DNA from: Candidatus Latescibacterota bacterium
Lineage (GTDB): Bacteria > Latescibacterota > UBA2968 > UBA8231
Direction of reading: 5' to 3'
NCBI GenBank assembly: GCA_965223905.1
Contig: CBDCXV010000002.1
Span: forward strand, 512,001 to 576,000
DNA: 64,000 nucleotides
Shown here: positions 42,905-52,894 of the stretch, in pieces
Layout of the letters: each line of letters starts with the position of its first letter
Numbering within the stretch: position 1 is the stretch's first letter
The notes under the pieces: model-generated
Told to the model about the DNA's origin: nothing
Databases searched by the model: none
Seen by the model: the letters and a program-made list of their open reading frames with translations, nothing else
Made by a program: the position numbers and the translations under genes

Positions 42905-42964
42905 AGAGTATGGGCTGCGAGAACGATTTCCGTTCTGGCCGAACATGCGGAGAGGGAGGGCGAC

Positions 42965-45900
42965 ATGAGAAGGATGTCAGTCGACCTGCAGAGACGGGGG
43001 GAGGAAGATGCCGGAGGAGGGACTTCACAAGCGCGGGCGGCAAGCCGTTTCGGTCCCAGGGTCAGGCGATGGCTTCGACAAGTGCAACGGCGAGGCCACG
43101 CGTCGGCCCGCCCGCGAGGCGGGGCGCGCGGATCCGGCACAGTGCTTCTGGCGGCAGCCACCGCCCTTGTCGTCGCCGCGGCCGCCTCCGCTCAAGAGTA
43201 TGATCCGCCGGTCACCACGCTCGTGACGAACATGGTGCAACCTTCAGGATCGGACCTGGTCGTATGTCTGTCCGAGGGTCAGGACGGACTGTTTCAGGGG
43301 TTCAGAACCGGGCCGAACCAGGGTGGATACGAGCTGACGAGTATTCTGCTCTATGTGCGAGCGACGCATGAAAGTCGGTACATGACGATAAACGCCGGCC
43401 TGTACCGCGGCCGCGGCAACCAGTACACCAGGGTCGCCGACCTCACCAGGGCAGGTTCCTTGAACGACTTTGCCCACAATGAATGGCAGGCCCCCGCCAA
43501 CACCTACCTGGAGCCGAATACGGATTACCGTTTCGTCCTTGACTGTGTCGCCGGCTGCGCCAATGACAACAAGGCCCAATTCGGCAGGACCTACAGCATG
43601 GAAGAGGATTCGGGGGCGGAAGAGGGCTGGACTCTCCATGATCATCTCGGCTTTCGGAGAGCTGGCGAGACCCACTGGCTTTGCGATCTCAACAAGGTTC
43701 TCAGGATACGTATCAAGGGGCGTCCCAGCCCTCACCGCGCCTACAGGACGGAGATCGTGTCGACGCCGGAAAACGGGGGCACCTACCTGTACGGGGAGAA
43801 CATCGATGTCGCCCTGACGTTCAACACGGACGTGTACGTGCCGGAGGAGGGCTCCGAGATCGGCATTCGGGTCGGCGAGGCTGCCGACGGCCCCACCTAT
43901 CGCGCCGCGGAATACCTGTCCGGCTCCCGCACGAATCGTCTGGTGTACCGCTACCGGGTGCAGATGGGCGATACTGACGCCAACGGCATCAGCGTCGACG
44001 CGGGAGGACCGGACACCGGATACAGCAGGTGGGTGCCAACGATCGTCGCCAGTCTGGGTCTGTTGCCGGTCGACCGCTATTTCCCCGGACGGGCAGACGA
44101 CGGCAACCACAAGGTGGACGGCTCGCTTCAGGTCACCGATGTGGAGATCACGTCGAGACCCGGGCACGGGGATGGCTACCGGTTCGGCGAGGAGATCGAC
44201 GTCACCCTGACGTTTTCCGCCGAGGCGTTTGTCGGGCAGGACGCCTCGGTCATTGCCATTCGAGTCGGGGACGGTGCCGGCGAAGAAAACTACCGGGCTG
44301 CACGGTACGAATCCGGCTCCGGCACGAAGCGGCTCCTGTACCGTTACCGGGTGCAGTTTGCCGATTTCGATGCGGACGGCATCAGCGTCGATGTGGGCGG
44401 GGCCCACTCGGGCTTCGATGGGCCGCTGCCCACGGCCAGCCCCGGTCCGGGCTCAGTCCCGGCATCCCGGCACTACCCCGGCATGGCTGACGACGCCGGT
44501 CACAAGGTCGATCGATCGGTGACCGCTTCGTTCGTCGTGGAAGCCTTGACCATCTCCGAGGACGGAACCTCGGCGACGGTGACCGTGGAGCTGGACCCCG
44601 ACCCCGATCGTTCGGTGACCATCCCGATCGTCGTTGCCCTTGGCGACGGGGCGTCCGTCGACGACTACACCCTGTCTGCAACCGGCCTCGCCTTCGCGCG
44701 CGGGGAGACCTCGAAGAGCTTGACAGTGACCGCGACCGACGACAGTGAGGACGACGACGGGGAGAGCCTGGAACTCTCCTTCTGGACCTTGCCGTCCGGG
44801 GTGCGCGCCGGAAGTCGGGCATCCGCCACGGTGACCATCGCCGACGACGACGGGGCAACGACGGGACAGACGATTTCGATCAGCGCCGGCAGGGACGCCT
44901 ATATCGCAGGGTTGGACGACGTGGTCTTCGACCTGACGCTGGCCGAGGCGTCGGATCGGGCAATTGCGGTCGACGTCAGGCTGACGCAGGAGCAGCTGTT
45001 CCTGAATACCGGCGACCTGACGCAGCGCGTCGATTTTCCCGCTGACGCGACCGCCGCGGAGCTGCGCATCTCCCCCTCCCTGCAAAACGAGCGCGTGATC
45101 CAAAGCGGCACGCTTATGGCTACGGTTATCGAGGGGGCCGGCTACCACATCGGGACGCCGGCGGCGGCGAGCGTGCGCATGGCGGTGGGCAACCCCGCGT
45201 TGATCGCGCGGCTGGGGAAGTCCTCGTACAGCTTCGAGGAAGGGGCGACCGGCGCGGCAGCGGGCATCGAGGTCATCCTGGAGACGCAGCCGGGATTTCC
45301 GGCACCGAACCGGAGCCACGAAGTGACCCTGTCGACGGAGAGCGGGACGGCGGCTGCCGATGAGGATTTCGTCCCCGTTACGGAAACGATGACGTTCACT
45401 CCCGAGGAATTCACGGCCGCCGACGGCCGATGGGTTGCCCGAAAGAATATCGAGCTGCAGCTGGTGGACGACTCGGCGGACGAGCTCGAAGGGTTCTTCA
45501 TGGCAACGCTGGCCCGGGACGTTTCGCTCGGCGACCTGATTCAGGTGCGCAATCCCAACCGCACGCAGTGCGACGGCCCGTGCCGGTCCAGGATCGTCAT
45601 TGCCGACAACGACGAAGTGGGTGTCGCCTTCCTCGACGGCGACGGCAACCCGCTCACCGATTTCCGGCTGACGGTCCGCGAAGGGGAGCAGGTCACCTAC
45701 CAGCTCGAGCTCGACAGGCCGCCGGCGCAATGGGTGATTCTCGCCCGGGAACCGGGTGAGGGGGACCCCGACCTGGTTTCGCTCGGCGAGCAGTCCTGGA
45801 TGTTCACGGCGGGAGAAGGCGGGGCCCCTGAGGATGTCGACCATCTCCATGAGACGGTCCCGGGGATGGAGCACACGACCCCCCTGGAAATTCACCATTC

Positions 45901-48205
45901 GACGGAACCCTTTCCTGTTACCGTGGAGGCGCGGCATGACAACGACGCCTATAGTGGCGAGCGTCGCTTCCACCACTATCTGTACAGCCATGATCCGGGC
46001 CGGGACCGCGTCGAGCTGCCCGATGTCGTGATCGTCGAAATCGACAACGAGGCGGAGGGTCCGCTGCGGATCTTCGGAACGCCCGTAGTGGTTTCCCGGC
46101 CGGCGTCGGGAGGGAACACCTACGGGCTCGGCGAACGCATCGAGATTCAGGTGATCTTCACCAGGCCGGTACAGGTGACCGGCAGCCCGTATCTCGAATT
46201 CGGCCTGGGGAATTCCGGGGCCGCGGGCATGGCGAGGGCCAACTTCGCGGGCGGAGACGGTACGCAGACACTCATCTTCGCCTATACGGTTGGCGACGAA
46301 GACTGGGACGACGACGGGATCGAGATCGGCTCGGGGGCCCTCCGCCTGAACGGTGGTACGATCCAAAGCGTCGTGACCGGCGAGGATGCTGCCCTCGATC
46401 AACCCGCGGCAGGGGTGCAGCCGGAGCACAGGATTCGCGGCCCGGCGACGCTGTCGGTTGCCGACGCCAGGGTGACGGAGGAAGTGGATGCAACGCTCGA
46501 GTTCGTCGTTTCCCTGAGCAGGGAAGCCTCGGATACGGTGACGGTGGATTTCGCGACCGCGGACGGCACGGCCGCCGCGGGCCAGGACTACACGGCCGCG
46601 GAGGGGACGCTGACCTTTGCACCCGGCGAGACGGAGAAGACGGTTTCGGTGGCGGTTCTCGACGACGCCCACGACGAGGGGGAGGAGACGCTGACGCTGA
46701 CCCTGAGCAACGCCTCGGGGGCGCACATCTCCGACAACACGGCGACGGGGACGATCGAGAACGCCGATCCGTTGCAGCGGGCCTGGCTGGCGCGCTTCGG
46801 CCGCACCGCGGCCCAGCGCGTGCTCGACGGAGTTCAGGCGCGCCTTGAGGCGCCGCGCGAGTCGGGGATGCAGGCAAGGTTTGCGGGCCAAACTCTCGGG
46901 GCAGCAGGTGAGGAAGCGGCGTTTCCGTCCGGCGGCACCGGTGCGGTCGCCGAGCAGGGCCGCTTCGTGACGCCCTCCGCCCGGCTCGGCGGCAGCGTGG
47001 CCGAGGCCCGGGTGCGGCCGCAGTCGCCGGCCCTGCGCGACCTGGTGACCGGAAGCGCGTTCACCATGAGCCGGCAGGCGGGTGAAGGCCATGGCACTCT
47101 CTGGGGCCGCGGAGCGTATTCCAGCTTCGGCGGAAGTGTCGACGGCCTGTCGCTCGACGGCGGGGTGACGACGGGGATGTTCGGGGCCGATTTCGCCATC
47201 GGGCCCTGGGTGGTGGGGCTGCCGCTGTCGCACAGCCGGGGGGAGGGCGGCTGGTACACGGCGGACCGGGGCGAAGGGAGCATGGCCTCCTCTCTGACCG
47301 GGCTGTATCCGTATGCCGGCTACGGGTTTGGGGAGGATCTGTCTCTGTGGGGCCTGGCCGGGTACGGTCAGGGGGAGCTGGCGGTGATGATGGAGGACGG
47401 GGAGTCGTACCGCACCGGCATGGACCTGACGATGGCGGCGGCCGGGGTGCGGGGGGACCTGGTATCGGCCCGACAGGCGGGGGATCTGTGGCTGACGGTC
47501 GAGTCGGATGCGCTGTTGGTGCGCACGACCTCGGGGGCGGCTTCGGGCCCGTCGGGTCTGCTGGCGGCGGCGGTTGCGGACGTCAGCCGCCTGCGCCTGG
47601 GTCTGGAAGGTTCGGTGGATCTGGCGGTGGCAGGGGGCGGGTGGTTGACGCCGACGGTGGAACTGGGTCTGCGCCATGACGGCGGCGACGCGGAGACGGG
47701 GTTCGGAGTGGAGGTCGGGGGCGGTTCGGTGTTTGTCGACGCGGGCCGGGGTCTGAGGGCGCAGGTGATGGTGCGCGGCTTGGCGGCGCACGAGGCCGCC
47801 GACTTCCGGGACTGGAGGCTGTCGGGTTCGCTGCGCTTCGACCCGCAGCCGTCTTCGGAACTCGGGCCGGCAGTTGAGCTGATGCCCTCGTGGGGAGCGT
47901 CCTCTTCGGGCGGGGTGGAGGCGTTGATGGGACGCGAACCCCTGGCAGGTCTGGCGGCCAACGCCGCAGGTCGTCTCGAGGCGGAGGCGGCTTACGGGGT
48001 TTCGGTGTTGGGCGGCCGGGCCACGGGGATCCCCTACCTCGGGGTGGGGAATTGCGGGGCCCGGCGCGAGGTGCGCCTGGGCTGGCGGCTGAAGCTGGCG
48101 CAACAGGAAGGGCTGAAACTGGGCATCGAAGGGACGCGGCGGGAGAGCACCGCCGGCAACGCCGCTCCGGACCACGGGGTCATGCTGCGCCTGGCGCTGC
48201 GATAA
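42965..48205 (+). CDS. Large autotransporter-like surface adhesin (Ig-like repeats, Calx-beta domains, C-terminal beta-barrel)
   Basis: ATG after RBS GGAGG, downstream of the promoter. Signal LLAAATALVVAAAASA; three Y.xGE.I..L.F repeats; Calx-beta TADGTAAAGQDY...DEGEETLTL; barrel GLRHDGGDAETG. Confidence 0.88.
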   Translation: MRRMSVDLQRRGEEDAGGGTSQARAASRFGPRVRRWLRQVQRRGHASARPRGGARGSGTVLLAAATALVVAAAASAQEYDPPVTTLVTNMVQPSGSDLVVCLSEGQDGLFQGFRTGPNQGGYELTSILLYVRATHESRYMTINAGLYRGRGNQYTRVADLTRAGSLNDFAHNEWQAPANTYLEPNTDYRFVLDCVAGCANDNKAQFGRTYSMEEDSGAEEGWTLHDHLGFRRAGETHWLCDLNKVLRIRIKGRPSPHRAYRTEIVSTPENGGTYLYGENIDVALTFNTDVYVPEEGSEIGIRVGEAADGPTYRAAEYLSGSRTNRLVYRYRVQMGDTDANGISVDAGGPDTGYSRWVPTIVASLGLLPVDRYFPGRADDGNHKVDGSLQVTDVEITSRPGHGDGYRFGEEIDVTLTFSAEAFVGQDASVIAIRVGDGAGEENYRAARYESGSGTKRLLYRYRVQFADFDADGISVDVGGAHSGFDGPLPTASPGPGSVPASRHYPGMADDAGHKVDRSVTASFVVEALTISEDGTSATVTVELDPDPDRSVTIPIVVALGDGASVDDYTLSATGLAFARGETSKSLTVTATDDSEDDDGESLELSFWTLPSGVRAGSRASATVTIADDDGATTGQTISISAGRDAYIAGLDDVVFDLTLAEASDRAIAVDVRLTQEQLFLNTGDLTQRVDFPADATAAELRISPSLQNERVIQSGTLMATVIEGAGYHIGTPAAASVRMAVGNPALIARLGKSSYSFEEGATGAAAGIEVILETQPGFPAPNRSHEVTLSTESGTAAADEDFVPVTETMTFTPEEFTAADGRWVARKNIELQLVDDSADELEGFFMATLARDVSLGDLIQVRNPNRTQCDGPCRSRIVIADNDEVGVAFLDGDGNPLTDFRLTVREGEQVTYQLELDRPPAQWVILAREPGEGDPDLVSLGEQSWMFTAGEGGAPEDVDHLHETVPGMEHTTPLEIHHSTEPFPVTVEARHDNDAYSGERRFHHYLYSHDPGRDRVELPDVVIVEIDNEAEGPLRIFGTPVVVSRPASGGNTYGLGERIEIQVIFTRPVQVTGSPYLEFGLGNSGAAGMARANFAGGDGTQTLIFAYTVGDEDWDDDGIEIGSGALRLNGGTIQSVVTGEDAALDQPAAGVQPEHRIRGPATLSVADARVTEEVDATLEFVVSLSREASDTVTVDFATADGTAAAGQDYTAAEGTLTFAPGETEKTVSVAVLDDAHDEGEETLTLTLSNASGAHISDNTATGTIENADPLQRAWLARFGRTAAQRVLDGVQARLEAPRESGMQARFAGQTLGAAGEEAAFPSGGTGAVAEQGRFVTPSARLGGSVAEARVRPQSPALRDLVTGSAFTMSRQAGEGHGTLWGRGAYSSFGGSVDGLSLDGGVTTGMFGADFAIGPWVVGLPLSHSRGEGGWYTADRGEGSMASSLTGLYPYAGYGFGEDLSLWGLAGYGQGELAVMMEDGESYRTGMDLTMAAAGVRGDLVSARQAGDLWLTVESDALLVRTTSGAASGPSGLLAAAVADVSRLRLGLEGSVDLAVAGGGWLTPTVELGLRHDGGDAETGFGVEVGGGSVFVDAGRGLRAQVMVRGLAAHEAADFRDWRLSGSLRFDPQPSSELGPAVELMPSWGASSSGGVEALMGREPLAGLAANAAGRLEAEAAYGVSVLGGRATGIPYLGVGNCGARREVRLGWRLKLAQQEGLKLGIEGTRRESTAGNAAPDHGVMLRLALR

Positions 48206-48530
48206 GAACCGTCGGCCTGTCAGCTCGACACGGGCTGCCCGAGGAGCTCCATCCCCGATATCTCTGATTTCTCAGTATCAGTAGCTACCCCTTGTCTGCT
48301 TGGCACTGGTCCTGGAGTACAAATCCGGGGCTTGGGGGACTTCCATCGCGATGTCCAGGACGTCGGCCACAGGTGCCCCGAGTGCCGCAGCAGGAAGAAC
48401 GACAACCGGCAGCCGGGCCCCACGGACCCCGAACAGGAACAGGAAACTCCGGAAACACTGTTTTCACAGGGGGAACCCTGGGAGCGCCAGCCTCACATGG
48501 AAGGCAACTTCCAGGCAGGGTGCCTGAACC

Positions 48531-51500
48531 TCAGCGCAGCAGTGTGAGCTTGCGGGTTTTCGCGCCGCCGGCCGTAACCAGGCGGTACACATAAACCCCA
48601 CTGGAAAGCGGGCGGCCTCGATCGTTCCGGGCGTCCCAGCGCAGGCGGTGAGGGCCAGCCTTCGCGGCACCTTCGTGCAACACCGCGACCCTTTGACCGG
48701 TCAGCGCAAACACCTCCAGGCGCGCCAACCCCGGCTGCAGCTGGTACCAGATTATCACCGTCTCGCTGTTGAAGGGGTTGGGGGCGTTCTGCTGCAGTTG
48801 CGGGCCGTCGGGAAGCCCGATCATTTCGTGGGCCAGGGCCAGCAGCTTCCCTCTCGCCTCTTCGCCGAAGTGGTCGGCGAGGAGGAAGAAGTCTCCGAAG
48901 CCGACCAGGCCATCGCCGTCGAGGTCGAAGTAGGGTTCACTGCTGCCGAAGTAGTCGGCGAAACGGAAAAAGTCATTGAGGTCGATCTGGCCGTCGGCGT
49001 TGAAGTCGGGGGAGGCCTCCCCGACGGCGGTAAAGACCACCGGCTCCAGGCCCTCTACGGTCACCTCCACGCGGATGGTCCCCCACACCTCTGCCGGCGT
49101 CAGCAGGCTGGCAGCGCGGCCCTGGGCATCGGTGAGGGCTAATTGAACCGACAGCAAGCCGTCGCCGGCGGTGACCGCAAAGGTGACCCGCACCCCTTCG
49201 AGCCCGTTTCCGTTCTGATCCAGCACTTGAACGATCAGCGGCTCACTCAATGCCGTCCACACCGGTCCCTGCTGCTCATCGCCGGACAGCTTGGTCAGTG
49301 TCCGGGGGGCAAGCAGCCCCACAGCGGTGAACATCACCGGCTCCAGGCCCTCCACGGTCACCTCCACTCTGACGGTACCCCCCACCCCCTCCAGGGTCAG
49401 CGTGGCGGAAGCGCGGCCCCCGGCGTCGGTAGTGGTGGTCTCCACCGACAGGGTGCCGTCGCCGGCGGTGACCGCGAAAGTGACCTCGGCCCCTTCGAGG
49501 CCATTGCCTTCCTCATCCAACACTTCAACGACCAGGGGCTCGGCCAACGCCGAGCCGACCGGCCCCCTCTGCTCATCGCCGGAAAGCTTGGTCAGCCCTT
49601 GCGGGGATAGCAGCCCCACAGCGGTGAACATCACCGGCTCCAAGCCCTCCACGGTCACCTCCACGCGGATGGTTCCCCCCACTTGCGGGGTCAGGATGCT
49701 GGCAGCGCGGCCCTGGGCGTCGGTGGTGACGGTTACTCGCGATAGGTTTCCATCCCCGCCAATGATCGCGAAAGTGACCTGCACCCCCGCGAGGACATTA
49801 CCATTCTGATCCTGCACTTGAACGACCAAGGGCTCGCTCAACGATGTCCAGACGGAGCCCTGCTGCCCATCGCCGGAAAGCTTGGTCAGCGTCCGGGGGA
49901 CCGGCACCAGCAGCCCGACAACCGTGAAAGTCACGGGTTCCAAGCCCTCCACGGTCGCCTCCACGCTGACGGTCCCCCCCTCGTCCCCCAGCGTCAGTGT
50001 GGTGGTGGCGCGGCCTCGGGTGTCCGTAGTGGCCGTTGCTGACGACACGGTCCCGTCCCCCTCCGTAACCGCGAATTCAACGGCCACGCCGGACAAGCCC
50101 GCCCCGTTCTGGTCCCGCACCTCGACGACAAGGGGGTCCTCGACCCGAGTGCCCGTCGGAGCCTCCTGGCCATCGCCCGAGATTTTGGCCAGGCCCTGAA
50201 GAGCGCGAGAGAAAACGACCTCGACACCCCCCGCTTCCAACTGTGGAATCTGCACGTTGGCTGCCGACGAATTCAGTGGATTGCCCTCGAGATTCAGGCG
50301 GGTCAGTTGCGTTGCCCATTCGAGACCCGTCAGAGAGCGGATCCCCCGGCTCCTCACGTCAAGGGAGCTCAGGCGGTCCATATCCTCCCGGGTGAGAGGT
50401 CCGTAGCCGGATTTGCCCAGGGCTTCCCGTACGGCCGCTTGCAGGTTGAAGTCGGCGATATGTACTACGGGGGTGACATAAGGGTCCAGGTTCCACAAGA
50501 CGATGGTGTAGTCCCCCAGTCTTTCGTAACCGCCGCCCAATGACGTGGCGAAAGTTGTGCCGTCGGGGGAAAATGCCGCACAGGCACCAAGCAGTCGATC
50601 GCCGCTGTTGCCCTGAAATCTCGCGAGTCTTCTGTAATCTCTCGCACCCGGATCCACTTCCCAGATGCTGATATCCCCATCCTGTACGGCGGTGACGATC
50701 TTCCCGCCATCGAGGGTAAAGGACACATGACGGAGAAGGTTCAACGCCCTCATTTGAAATTGATCCTTGAAGGCCCTCTTCTCCACGTCCCAGAAGGCGA
50801 CTTTGTTGTTGAAGGCACTTGTAACGAGTGTCTTCCCGTCCGGTGAGAAGGCCACGGAAGTGACCGAGTTCTCATAGGGGAAATTGGCAGTCTCGGTCTT
50901 TGTCGCTACGTCCCACAGCCTGATCGTGTTATCGAAAGCACCCGAAGCCAGGGTCTTGCCATCCGGTGAAAATGCCACGCTCTGGACACCCCCTGTATGG
51001 CCTGAAAGGGGGGGGAGCTGGGTTCTCCTCTCCATGTCCCAGAGCCTGATGATGTTCGGGCCGGTCCAATCATCCGTTATCCCCGAGGCGAGGATTCCTC
51101 CATCGGGCGAGAAGGCCAGGGACATGATCCGGGCGCGATAGGCAGTCAGTCTGAAGGTGGTTATCTCGGTTTTCGTCGGCACGTCCCACAGCTTGATGCT
51201 GCCATGCCATGTCCCCGTGGCGAGGGTTTCTCCATCGGGCGAAAAAGCCAGAGAAAAGACCTGCTGAACACGCCCCCGATTCGGGTCATATCCCTCGAGG
51301 GTGGCGATGTGTTCCCCGGTCTCTGCGTTCCACAGTTCAACGGTCAGGTTCTCTGTCCCTGCGGCGAGAGTTTTTCCATCGGGCGAAAAGGCCACACCGT
51401 TGGCTCCCTCTCCCCTGACCCCTTTCTGTCTGTCCAGGGGGATGACGAGCTTGTGGGTCGAATCATGCAGCAGGGTAAGACCCATCCTGCGGATATTGCC

Positions 51501-52553
51501 GCGCACATCCACAAGCTCGATGGTCATCTTGTGCGTAAGGAGGGAGGAGAGATCCGCAGCACCGGGATCCGATGGAATAATACCGTCATACTCGAAGTCG
51601 ACAGTCGCATTCGTCGCATCTCCCAACAGACGACCTGTCTTCAATTCCGGAAAGCCTGCGGAAAAGTGGGTTTCCGGTGTCGTGGTAAAAAGAGAGACCT
51701 GCTGAAGACCGTCGGGATCGCTGAGTTCCAGTTGGATGGGGACGCTTGTTGCATCTGTCTGATAGGAACGCGGTGAAAGGACCCGACACGTTGGCAGCTC
51801 TACCGCTATCTCCGTTCGCGTCGAACTCTCGGGGTTGAAATGGGGATGTACAGCCAGATGCCCGGCGCTGAGCTCGGATAGTCTGCCTTGCCCGGGACCA
51901 TATGACATGATGTAAGCCCCATCGTTGAAATTGTGCCACAGTCCGAAAGCATGTCCCAGTTCATGGGCTGCCCGGGTGACCCAATCGGGGTCGATATATT
52001 GCCTCAACATCGCCCATCCACCATTTCTCGACATCTGGAGACCGAGCCCGATAACATTTCGGGATTGAATGTCTTCCTCGTTGCCCAGGACGATGAAGTA
52101 GATGTTTGAACTGAGATCATATCCATACACCGATTCAATCCTGTTTAGCGCTCCGACATAGTCGTAATTGCCTCCGGTGCCGTTTACGACATGCACCACG
52201 GGTTCACCCTGTGCATCGGTTTCATAACGGAAGGTTCGGTCTCCAAATCCGTGCGTCCTGATCTGGTCCGCATAAATGCGCTGTACCTCGCGGATCGTCG
52301 TTTTCATCTGGTCCACCACGTCCTGCCTGAAGGCCTCCGGATCGGATACGAAGTAGATCATTCGCACGGTGCGCGGTTCTCCCGCATCCAGAAGGGCCGG
52401 CTTGGCCGCAGCCTGTTGCAGTTGGCGCTCAAGCCTCTCCGGGTCTACAGGGACACAGAAATGCGTACCGTCGGGCGACGGGGGAGCAGCTCGACTCCCT
52501 GACGAGAGCAGGATGAGCAAGGAAAGGGCATGGATGGTTTTTTTCATGTCCAA
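48531..52553 (-). CDS. Secreted multidomain protein: metzincin protease, WD40, LRR, 4 Big-1 Ig repeats, dockerin/EF-hand-like, FlgD-like CTD
   Basis: Signal peptide; HELGHAFGLWH plus Met-turn YIMSY; AFSPDG repeats; LTGLEWATQLTRLNL; SGDxQ.G...PLVV.V.D repeats; DFNADGQIDLNDF; NAPNPFN. Confidence 0.9.
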   Translation of the reverse strand: MDMKKTIHALSLLILLSSGSRAAPPSPDGTHFCVPVDPERLERQLQQAAAKPALLDAGEPRTVRMIYFVSDPEAFRQDVVDQMKTTIREVQRIYADQIRTHGFGDRTFRYETDAQGEPVVHVVNGTGGNYDYVGALNRIESVYGYDLSSNIYFIVLGNEEDIQSRNVIGLGLQMSRNGGWAMLRQYIDPDWVTRAAHELGHAFGLWHNFNDGAYIMSYGPGQGRLSELSAGHLAVHPHFNPESSTRTEIAVELPTCRVLSPRSYQTDATSVPIQLELSDPDGLQQVSLFTTTPETHFSAGFPELKTGRLLGDATNATVDFEYDGIIPSDPGAADLSSLLTHKMTIELVDVRGNIRRMGLTLLHDSTHKLVIPLDRQKGVRGEGANGVAFSPDGKTLAAGTENLTVELWNAETGEHIATLEGYDPNRGRVQQVFSLAFSPDGETLATGTWHGSIKLWDVPTKTEITTFRLTAYRARIMSLAFSPDGGILASGITDDWTGPNIIRLWDMERRTQLPPLSGHTGGVQSVAFSPDGKTLASGAFDNTIRLWDVATKTETANFPYENSVTSVAFSPDGKTLVTSAFNNKVAFWDVEKRAFKDQFQMRALNLLRHVSFTLDGGKIVTAVQDGDISIWEVDPGARDYRRLARFQGNSGDRLLGACAAFSPDGTTFATSLGGGYERLGDYTIVLWNLDPYVTPVVHIADFNLQAAVREALGKSGYGPLTREDMDRLSSLDVRSRGIRSLTGLEWATQLTRLNLEGNPLNSSAANVQIPQLEAGGVEVVFSRALQGLAKISGDGQEAPTGTRVEDPLVVEVRDQNGAGLSGVAVEFAVTEGDGTVSSATATTDTRGRATTTLTLGDEGGTVSVEATVEGLEPVTFTVVGLLVPVPRTLTKLSGDGQQGSVWTSLSEPLVVQVQDQNGNVLAGVQVTFAIIGGDGNLSRVTVTTDAQGRAASILTPQVGGTIRVEVTVEGLEPVMFTAVGLLSPQGLTKLSGDEQRGPVGSALAEPLVVEVLDEEGNGLEGAEVTFAVTAGDGTLSVETTTTDAGGRASATLTLEGVGGTVRVEVTVEGLEPVMFTAVGLLAPRTLTKLSGDEQQGPVWTALSEPLIVQVLDQNGNGLEGVRVTFAVTAGDGLLSVQLALTDAQGRAASLLTPAEVWGTIRVEVTVEGLEPVVFTAVGEASPDFNADGQIDLNDFFRFADYFGSSEPYFDLDGDGLVGFGDFFLLADHFGEEARGKLLALAHEMIGLPDGPQLQQNAPNPFNSETVIIWYQLQPGLARLEVFALTGQRVAVLHEGAAKAGPHRLRWDARNDRGRPLSSGVYVYRLVTAGGAKTRKLTLLR
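49025..50195 (-). repeat. Four tandem ~295 bp coding repeats (Big-1 Ig-like)
   Basis: Recurring DNA such as ccctccacggtcacctccac and cttggtcag at ~295 bp spacing. Confidence 0.8.
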
Positions 52554-52894
52554 TCACCTTTCATGTCATGCTTGGCCCCCATACGGGCAAGCCATGTATC
52601 AGATGGGGTTACTGTGAAGGTGGGAATTCCCGGGAGGAGCTCACTGCTACCACGACAGGGAGGCGCCAGTTCTTCCCGGCACGTCATCGACTGTGCCACG
52701 CAGTCCATCGTGCGAGTTTCGGATGGTTTTTCTGCTTTAAAATTACCCCAATCTGTATGAAATCAGTGTGAATTATTGGCATATTTTTATGACCATTACG
52801 TGATTTATCGAATTTCCGGTGGAGATTTACTGGGGCACCGAAATTCTCGCTGTGCCATACCATGGACCTGACTTCAGGCCGGCAGGAGTAGCGG

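Noticed and set aside
42884-42964. ORF-track start of the long adhesin at 42884
   Set aside because: It overlaps the sigma-54 promoter; ATG 42965 has an RBS and matches the paralog's layout.
44453-48175. 1240-aa antisense ORF and similar long antisense ORFs (21616..23388, 23361..25382, 34322..36067, 62588..63838)
   Set aside because: Shadow frames of GC-rich genes with strong codon bias; no recognisable motifs.
48210-48530. Small ORFs between convergent genes (one with CPECRS)
   Set aside because: Short, no RBS, only one CxxC; insufficient evidence.
49025-51400. Periodic repeats as CRISPR or non-coding arrays
   Set aside because: They are degenerate in-frame WD40 and Big-1 protein repeats with no repeat-spacer structure.
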